In this document: piece after piece, positions 1-64,000 of the stretch
Layout: each line of letters begins with the position of its first letter
How positions within the stretch are numbered: the stretch's first letter is position 1
Assembly (NCBI GenBank): GCA_965153355.1
Contig: OZ231126.1
Location: 124,001 to 188,000 of the forward strand
Length of the DNA: 64,000 bases
Source: Flaccisagitta enflata
Taxonomy: Eukaryota
Reading direction: 5' to 3'
Program-made: the position numbers and the translations under genes
Notes under the pieces: generated by a model
The model's database searches: none
The model's input: the letters and a program-made list of their open reading frames with translations, nothing else
Told to the model about the DNA's origin: nothing

Positions 1-3000
1 TGCCACAAGTTGACATGTTTCATGACGTCATTTGGGATTTTGTCATCCCATCCAAGTTGCAATTGCCACAATGACTGCATGAGTATTTTTCCACGGCACG
101 TCAACGGCGCCTTTAACCCCAATGGGTCGTAGATGCTTGCCAGCATAGCAAGAACATCTCTCTTTGTTTGACATTGTCTGTCAGTGACGGCTTTTGGAGC
201 CAAAGTGTCATCACTGGTGTTCCATTCAATACCAAGGACTGAGGTATGGACCTTGTTTTCCAACAGTGAGGGATCCATTGCATCCAGAACGGCTTGGCAG
301 TTGCTGTTGATTTTCTGTACTTTCATGCACATTCCATCGAAGAATTCAATCAATTCCTCCAGTAATTGAATGGCAACTTGTATCTCCCAGGTTCCAGTGA
401 TGGTGTCATCAATGTAAAGCTGGTCTCTGACTGCTTTGACTGCCAGAAGGAACTTTCCCATCCTTTCCATCCTGTTTGCATGTTCAAGGATGGTTTCACC
501 GGACAAGTAAGGTGATGATGCTTCTCCAAAGAGTAGTGTGCATTGTCTCATCAATTTTTCAAATGCAAAGAAATGATGCAAATCTTTCTGTTGATCAGGT
601 ATGGTGATTCTAAAGAACATCTTGCTGATATCTGCAATCACAGCAATTGGGTTGTTTCTGAATTGTAACAGCAATCCAATAACCTCAGGGAGCAGGTTTG
701 GGCCTGCATATTGGCATTTGTTTAAAGACAGGCCATTCTTGTCTTCTTTTGATGCATTCATCACATTTCTGATTGCGGTTGTAGATTGACCTTCTGTTAT
801 GACAGAATGCCGAGGGAGGAAGTGTTTCTGTGTGTTTGGATCATCTTTCTCAGAAGTGACCTCTTCAATGATGCCTTGTCTTTCTTGATCATCAAAGACG
901 GCTTTTACCTGCTCTTTCAGAGTAGGGTTTTTGTCCAATTTTTGCATCTGCTTTTGATGCAGGATTTTGGCGATCTTTTCATTATCACCCAGTTGTTTGA
1001 CAGTTTCCTTGTATGGAATTGTGGCTTGGTATTGTTTCTTGACATCATCATATATGATGTTCTGTTGAACTTCTTTCCTGAAGTCATTTTCTTCAACTTC
1101 ATGAACCATCGGTTCCTTGTGTGTATGTGTGCCTAAGCATTCAGCCTCATAGAACTGCTTGAGCTCTGATTCAATCCCTTTGAAGGGTCTTGTGGTGACC
1201 TTTTGGCAAGAGGTCCTTTTGCCCTCAAAGTTTGGGCAGGCTCCACACAAAATCCAACCGAAGATTGTTTGGACTCCTACAGGGGCTGTGATCTTGCCCT
1301 TTGCACGGGCTCCTGTTTTTATGGCTTCAGCATAGTCTGCGCCAATCAGTATTTCCACTTGCTCTTCTTCTCTTGGGAAGCAGTCGGCGAAGCGGATGTT
1401 TTTCAAGTGAGAAAATTCTTTTGTTGGGTCAAATGGAACGGCATCCATTTCAATACACAGTGGTCCATCCCGGACCAAAGCGTCCATGGTGAAATTGTTC
1501 CCTCTTGTGGTTTTCAAAGTGACCTTTGCCACAGAAAACTCTTTTGGGGGTTCAAGTGTTGCTGAGAAAGCCACAGCAACCGAAAATGTTTTCTTTCCAA
1601 CTATTGGAAGGTTCAATTCATCAACAACCTGTTGAGTGATCCAAGTGTTTTGTGACCCATCATCAAGCATCGCTCGGATGGGTCTTTTGGCTGTGTCTCC
1701 AACAGCAGTCGCTTTGAACGACTTCAGAATAGAGCTTCCATTGAAACCCTTCGTTGAGGCGTTGTTTGCCGTAGTTTTTGGACCGTCCTCACCTCGAGGG
1801 GTCTCTGTTTGTTTGGAAATTGGTTTTGGCTTCTCCTCATGGTGCAAAACTGTTGGGTGATCAGTGCTCTGGCACTTCCTGCAAGTTACTGATTCTTCAC
1901 ATTTTTCACCTTGATGACCCTTCCGGGCGCATTTGAAGCACAATCTGTTCTTCATCAGAAACTCAAATCTTTCTTTCTTCTGTTTCTTACCTAAGAAACT
2001 GCACACTTCTGTGTCATGGTTGTTTTTGTTACAAAACCAACAGTGTCTTGCACTTTCAGTGCGGGTTGTCATTGAAGACGTGGTTTTTGGAGCATCAGTC
2101 TGTTTGTGCCCCTCTTTGTTGTGATTTTTGCCATCAGACGGTTTGGTTGCGCTTATTGGGAGGCAATCAACTCTGTCTTGTAAGAACTCAAGTAATTTTG
2201 TGGTGCTGTGATCATCATCTTCTGAGATGTGTTCAAGCCATTTCATTTTTATGTCTTCTGACATGTTCATTTCCACCATAGGAACAACAATAACACTTAT
2301 TGCTTCCGTGTCAGTGTGAAATTCCTCAAGACACTTGATAGAACTCTCCAACGTATTCAGAGTTGCTCTCAACTCATGTGTGCCGAACTTTTTCATTTTG
2401 ATGATTTTTTCAGCATAGCTTTGTTTGATCATGCGGGGTTTTCCAAATGTTTTCTTGAACACCTCATACAACTTGTCATAGTTGTCATCTGTGACTGAGT
2501 ACCCATCTGCAATTTTCTTAGCTTCATGAGTGCAACATGTTTTCAAATACAGCAACTTTTGATGATTGGGCATAGATTTGTTGTGAATCAAGTTGTCAAA
2601 TTGGGTAACCCAGCTATGGTAACCACTTGAGGAACTTCCTTCAAAAGTTGGTAATTCCACTTTAGGTAGTCTCAATTCAGACAGGTGTGCTGCAGGTGCT
2701 GCAGTTGGGGCTGCAAGTGGGGCTGGAGGTGTCAAATCTCTGATGGCCTTTCTTGCTGCAGCCAATACTCTTTCCGTGTTGACATACCAACTGTCTGCCA
2801 AAAATGTGTCAGCTTCAACCACCGCATCATCATCATCATATTGGCTGATGAAAGATAGAATGTATTCATCCAATTCTGTCAGGTCTTCAAATGCCTTTGT
2901 TACCTTTTCTGTCCCAATTTCAATTCTATCTGGGCATGGATTGGCATCACTTAATGCATTTTGCAAATGGTTGGAGTGTTTTGTAAGCTGTGTTCTTATT

Positions 3001-3110
3001 GCTCTCCTTTGTGATCTTTTCAAATCAAATGCATCAAAACCTTCAAATTTGTCCCTTTTAGCTTTTTCAATGAAAGCATTGATCCTGCCTTTGGCAGTGG
3101 CTTCATCCAT
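1..3110 (-). CDS. BEL/Pao Gag-Pol polyprotein (partial, runs off window)
   Basis: Manual translation from ATG 3110 (MDEATAKGRI): LPKVELPTFEG gag core, CFKCARKGHQGEKC and CRKCQSTDHPTVLH zinc knuckles, AMLDDGSQNTWI protease, GPNLL / ADISKMF / FGEASSP / YIDD RT motifs, SIYDPLG. The start and YIDD are in the same frame. Confidence 0.92.
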   Translation of the reverse strand, partial: MDEATAKGRINAFIEKAKRDKFEGFDAFDLKRSQRRAIRTQLTKHSNHLQNALSDANPCPDRIEIGTEKVTKAFEDLTELDEYILSFISQYDDDDAVVEADTFLADSWYVNTERVLAAARKAIRDLTPPAPLAAPTAAPAAHLSELRLPKVELPTFEGSSSSGYHSWVTQFDNLIHNKSMPNHQKLLYLKTCCTHEAKKIADGYSVTDDNYDKLYEVFKKTFGKPRMIKQSYAEKIIKMKKFGTHELRATLNTLESSIKCLEEFHTDTEAISVIVVPMVEMNMSEDIKMKWLEHISEDDDHSTTKLLEFLQDRVDCLPISATKPSDGKNHNKEGHKQTDAPKTTSSMTTRTESARHCWFCNKNNHDTEVCSFLGKKQKKERFEFLMKNRLCFKCARKGHQGEKCEESVTCRKCQSTDHPTVLHHEEKPKPISKQTETPRGEDGPKTTANNASTKGFNGSSILKSFKATAVGDTAKRPIRAMLDDGSQNTWITQQVVDELNLPIVGKKTFSVAVAFSATLEPPKEFSVAKVTLKTTRGNNFTMDALVRDGPLCIEMDAVPFDPTKEFSHLKNIRFADCFPREEEQVEILIGADYAEAIKTGARAKGKITAPVGVQTIFGWILCGACPNFEGKRTSCQKVTTRPFKGIESELKQFYEAECLGTHTHKEPMVHEVEENDFRKEVQQNIIYDDVKKQYQATIPYKETVKQLGDNEKIAKILHQKQMQKLDKNPTLKEQVKAVFDDQERQGIIEEVTSEKDDPNTQKHFLPRHSVITEGQSTTAIRNVMNASKEDKNGLSLNKCQYAGPNLLPEVIGLLLQFRNNPIAVIADISKMFFRITIPDQQKDLHHFFAFEKLMRQCTLLFGEASSPYLSGETILEHANRMERMGKFLLAVKAVRDQLYIDDTITGTWEIQVAIQLLEELIEFFDGMCMKVQKINSNCQAVLDAMDPSLLENKVHTSVLGIEWNTSDDTLAPKAVTDRQCQTKRDVLAMLASIYDPLGLKAPLTCRGKILMQSLWQLQLGWDDKIPNDVMKHVNLW

Positions 3111-3737
3111 GTTTACAGTACCAAAAAGCGCAAATGCAGTTCCAGTATTATTTTGTGTATCAATTTTTGTGGCTGCTGTTAACGCTCATCGGAGAACAAA
3201 AGATAAGTTTAGGTTCTAGACAAATCGGTCTTCACCTCTCCCCGACTCTGCTGCCCCCCTCCCCTATCTAATGTCCTCCAACGACAGTCTTGATTCAATA
3301 ACAACAACCACAATTCAACTTCCTGTTGAGAGTAGAAAACACTTTTTCTCTTTTTTCACAACGTTAAACTTTTTGGTTTCAATTCCAGAAACTTTTCTTT
3401 TCGTCGAATTTCCCCCCTTATCTTGAGGGATCTTTATTCTTTATTGTTTCTTTTCTGTTTATTTTTTAATAAACACTTTCGTTCGAAGGATTTCTTCAAA
3501 TTTTTGTTCTTATCATCAAAGGGATCTATTTTTCCGAATGAGACAAATGATTTTTTAGTCATGTGCACGCGACTCTATACTCCGCTTTGTTGGTTGGTTG
3601 GTCGGTTACAGGAGTTGGCTTTGTTTGACTTCCAAGTCAAGAGAGAGAGAATCCTGATTTTCTTTTCCTTTTCAGCGTTCCGAGATTTAAGAATGGAGAG
3701 TGAAATTTCACAAAATGGTTGGTTGATCCGTCGGTCG

Positions 3738-3755
3738 ATCCGGCTCGAGGGACCA
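3738..3755 (-). promoter_or_regulatory. Primer-binding site of element A
   Basis: TGGTCCCTCGAGCCGGAT directly after the LTR-terminal CA; resembles the tRNA-Tyr-type PBS (TGGTCCTTCGAGCCGGA) common in BEL elements. Confidence 0.85.
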
Positions 3756-4268
3756 TGAATGATTGTCAGCTTTATGAGCAAAGGACTGTAGTTAGCTGGT
3801 CGACTTTCGGATCTGTTGTTGGTGACTATCACTGTCTATCTTTTTTCTCTTAGAAGGTGAACGCTTAATTAGACGGTTGTAAGGCGCATAATTGTAAAAG
3901 GATTTGTAATAAAATGAGATTACAATGAGAAAACGGATTCTTTCCAAAAGTAGTAGGTTTGATTGTTTAATCCAAAGAAAATAGCCCAATTCATGAGCCT
4001 TATGCGTCCTTGCTTTTACTTTAAAAAAAGAACGTCTTATTTGTAAGTCTTTCTTCTACGAAGACTAAATGTGAACTAACTAAAGGCAGAGAGTCTCGCT
4101 CTGCGCAGTTGTTTATCTCATAATTCATCTATACATTCTCGTGACTCCCGGCTTTCTAGCCAATCATGCATGACTATTAAGAAATCATGTATCCAATAAT
4201 AGCCTAACACGTCTTTAACAAAGGGTTACGCAAGTCTATGGAAAATTCCCAACTGAGGCAACTTAACA
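3756..4268 (-). repeat. 5' LTR of element A (about 513 bp)
   Basis: Inner end fixed by the PBS; outer end inferred from TGT start just before an unrelated MITE; partner LTR is outside the window. Confidence 0.65.
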
Positions 4269-4281
4269 TCATGATTGAATA

Positions 4282-4705
4282 CCACGCGAAAAAAGAGAGA
4301 AAAAAAGACGCACTCATCTATTTACTGAAAAAGAAATATAAAAATAAAAAAAAATCAGATTTCAGTCATTTTTGAAGATTTTCAAAAAAATCTTTCATTC
4401 TAGACCAATTCCAGGTCTGTATCTCATTTTTGTATCTCGTTCTCGCATCTTGTTCTCGTAACGGTTTAGAAGCTAGAGCCCTGCAAAAAGAAGCACTATT
4501 TTGCTATATGCAATACTGAAATGGGCGATATTTTCATTCAAACTTATGTTATTTCTAAACAAAAAAAGATAGCAATACCAGATTGGCGGCAAATGAAAGT
4601 ACTTTCGAAGATCTTTTAAATGGTCTAAGATTTTAGTTGATTATCTTAAGATTCAGTAGCAATATTAGCCACTTAAAAGTGCGTCTTTTTTTTTTATCCG
4701 TGTGG
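4282..4705. mobile_element. MITE family 1, copy 1 (TA-flanked)
   Basis: Imperfect terminal inverted repeats CCACGCG..A-run..GACGCAC / GTGCGTC..T-run..CGTGTGG, TA both sides; internal sequence shared with 33752-34163 and 40471-40883. Confidence 0.75.
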
Positions 4706-4968
4706 TATTCTAATCTCAATTAGATCTAGGCCTATTGGTATAGCTAAGTGTCCAAGCGCGCAATTGCTGTAAGGTAGCAGGCAAATTTGGTAGAATTTAG
4801 AAGATAATTGACAAAAGAAATACCAGCGATGGTTTTTAGGTGCGCCAAAATACCTCTATGATAGGCTTTGTCCGTTGGTCGGTTGGTTGGTTGGTCTGTT
4901 TGGTAAGACTTACTATGAGCAAAACTAAACATTTGGTGTATCTTTAAAGAAATATGAAATATTTTCAG

Positions 4969-61988
<57,020 letters not shown>

Positions 61989-62025
61989 GTAAGTTTAATG
62001 CAGTAGTGATGTTGATTGATATTTT

Positions 62026-63392
62026 GAGGGAAGATGACTTACTTTGAAGATCACAGTGAGGAACTCAACCCTTTTACGAGGTAAGTTTAATACATTAGTG
62101 ATTGTCATTTATATATAGGAGGAAGATGACTTACTTTGAAGATCACAGTGAGGAACTCAAGCCTTTTACGAGGTAAGTTTAATGCATTAGTGATGTTGAT
62201 TGATATTTTGAGGGAAGATGACTTACTTTGAAGATCACAGTGAGGAACTCAACCCTTTTACGAGGTAAGTTTAATACATTAGTGATTGTCATTTATCAGG
62301 AAAAAAGTCGAAGTAAGTCTTCGACTTTTTGACATATTCGAGAGAAACAGGGTTTTTATTTTCTTATGGGAAAGTTGGGGAACTCCTTAGGGCGATTGCA
62401 CCCTTGGATGAAATTGATAGGGTAAGTAAATTTGATAATTCTCTTTTATTTGGCGCTAAGCAGAAGTCTCTGGGACAAATATTTTTTGCGTTATGAATTT
62501 TTAAAGATTTATTTATGAAAAATTCAAATTGAATTTTTTTCGATTTTTTATGATTTTGTGTAGGATCAATAAAGGAGTGTATCTAAGTTTGGTTAAGCAT
62601 GCAAATACAAAAAAACATGTTCATGAGCATAGCTGCTCATATGTGAGGGTGATTTTGAGCATTTTAGCTCATTTAGCTCACTTAGCTCAGTTTTTTTTTC
62701 TTCTGATTTCAAATGCAATAAATAAGCAAATATATTGATAGATGTTTAAGCAAGCAATTATAAGAAAGCATGTCAGTGAGCAGAGCTGCTCATCTGTGAG
62801 GGTGTTTTTAAATATTCTAGCTCATTTAGCTCATTAAGCTTGCTCTTTTTTTCTGATTTAAAAACCGATGAATAAATAAATGTTTTGATTTAAGCATGCA
62901 AATACAAGAAAGCATCTCAGTAAGCATAGCTGGTTGCGTAGTCGAGTGATTTTGAATATTTTAGCTCATCTAGCTCATTTGGCTCAGTCCTATTTTTCTC
63001 TGATTTTCAGTGCAACCACTATATACAATTGCTCTTAATTTGATCTAACAAATAAAAAGTTGCAATGACTGAAAACAAAAGCTTGGTGAAAAGTGAACAA
63101 CGCTTACGACTTTTTTCCTCACGGCGACAGCCGCCATTACTGGTATATAGGAGGAAGATGACTTACTTTGAAGATCACAGCGAGGAACTCAAGCCTTTTA
63201 CAAGGTAAGTTTAATGCAGTAGTGATGTTGATTGATATTTTGAGGGAAGATGACTTACTTTGACAATCACAGTGAGGAACTCAAGCCTTTTACGAGGTAA
63301 GTTTAATGCATTAGAGATGTTGATTGATATTTTGAGGGAAGCTGACTTACTTCGAAGATCATAGCGGGGAACTGAAGCCTTTTACGAGGTAT
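62026..63392 (+). repeat. Six ~92-bp copies of the E22 3' end and donor, split by an ~830-bp insertion (62297-63124)
   Basis: GAAGATGACTTACTTTGAAGATCACAGTGAGGAACTCAAGCCTTTTACGAG-GTAAGT near 62026, 62118, 62210, 63149, 63242, 63334; insert ends GGAAAAAAGTCG / CGACTTTTTTCC. Confidence 0.92.
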
Positions 63393-64000
63393 GTTTGATC
63401 AGAGATATTGTTAAGAGTGTCAGTCGTTTATTGACGCATTTGCCTGACCCGATTTCCACAATGGTGATGAGAGAAAATCTATTATCGGCGAACCGATCAA
63501 CCAACCAACCAACCAACCAACCAACCAACCAACCAACCAACCAACCAACCAACTACAGAAAACGACACAATTGCTCATATGGATGGGCTCAATTGGGCAT
63601 GCGAACAAAAACTCATTTCCAATCACTTTTCATGTTCCGTATGCATAATCAGAGCCCGATCTACATGGAAAATCGATTTGGACTTGATCATCGCGTCATC
63701 AATGCTGTAGTTGTATGGAGTTTTTTCGCTGTAGTTGGGAGAGAAATTTCTTCCATAGTCATTCTATACAACTACAGCATTGATGACGCGGTGCCTAGAT
63801 CAAGTCAAAATCGATTTTCCAAATGGATAATGCTCTAATTTTGCAAATGGATAACGATGAGTGCTGGGAAATGATTTTTAGTCGCGTGCTAAGCGACTCT
63901 ATAAGCCACTTTGTCGGTCGGTCGGTCCGTCGGTCCGTCGGTCGGTCGGTCCGTAACAAAGTTGTTTTAAAGGTTTTTGATTGTGTTTTTCAGATCTCTG

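Larger units (their letters stand above)
1..4268 (-). mobile_element. BEL/Pao LTR retrotransposon A, 5' half (continues beyond left window edge)
   Basis: Minus-strand order: LTR (TGTTAAG...ATTCA), PBS, then a gag-protease-RT reading frame with BEL-type motifs. Confidence 0.93.

Overview
AT-rich, microsatellite-rich animal genomic DNA. A large + strand gene made of tandem fibronectin type III (FN3) domains, most like usherin, crosses the window. I could chain 22 GT-AG exons (4969-61988, about 1240 codons) with consistent phases. Its introns hold: the 5' half of a BEL/Pao LTR retrotransposon (1-4268); a complete 13.2-kb BEL/Pao element with a 5-bp target-site duplication (10657-23905); a truncated LINE; a truncated Penelope-like element; many MITEs; and several satellites. 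Three observations stand out. (1) An antisense nested two-exon gene (55118-50490) predicted to encode a HEPN - coiled-coil repeat - NACHT - Kelch protein, i.e. an NLR-like receptor with a Kelch propeller where LRRs normally sit. (2) About 14 of the 22 host exons are shadowed by intronic duplicates of their own splice junctions, up to about 28 copies for one exon. (3) The complete BEL element has no recognisable tRNA primer-binding site, but has a 12-nt complementarity between its inferred transcript 5' end and the LTR boundary that fits Tf1-style self-priming; it also has an in-frame UGA between gag and protease and an unexplained accessory ORF. All domain calls are from motif recognition by eye, not from database searches.
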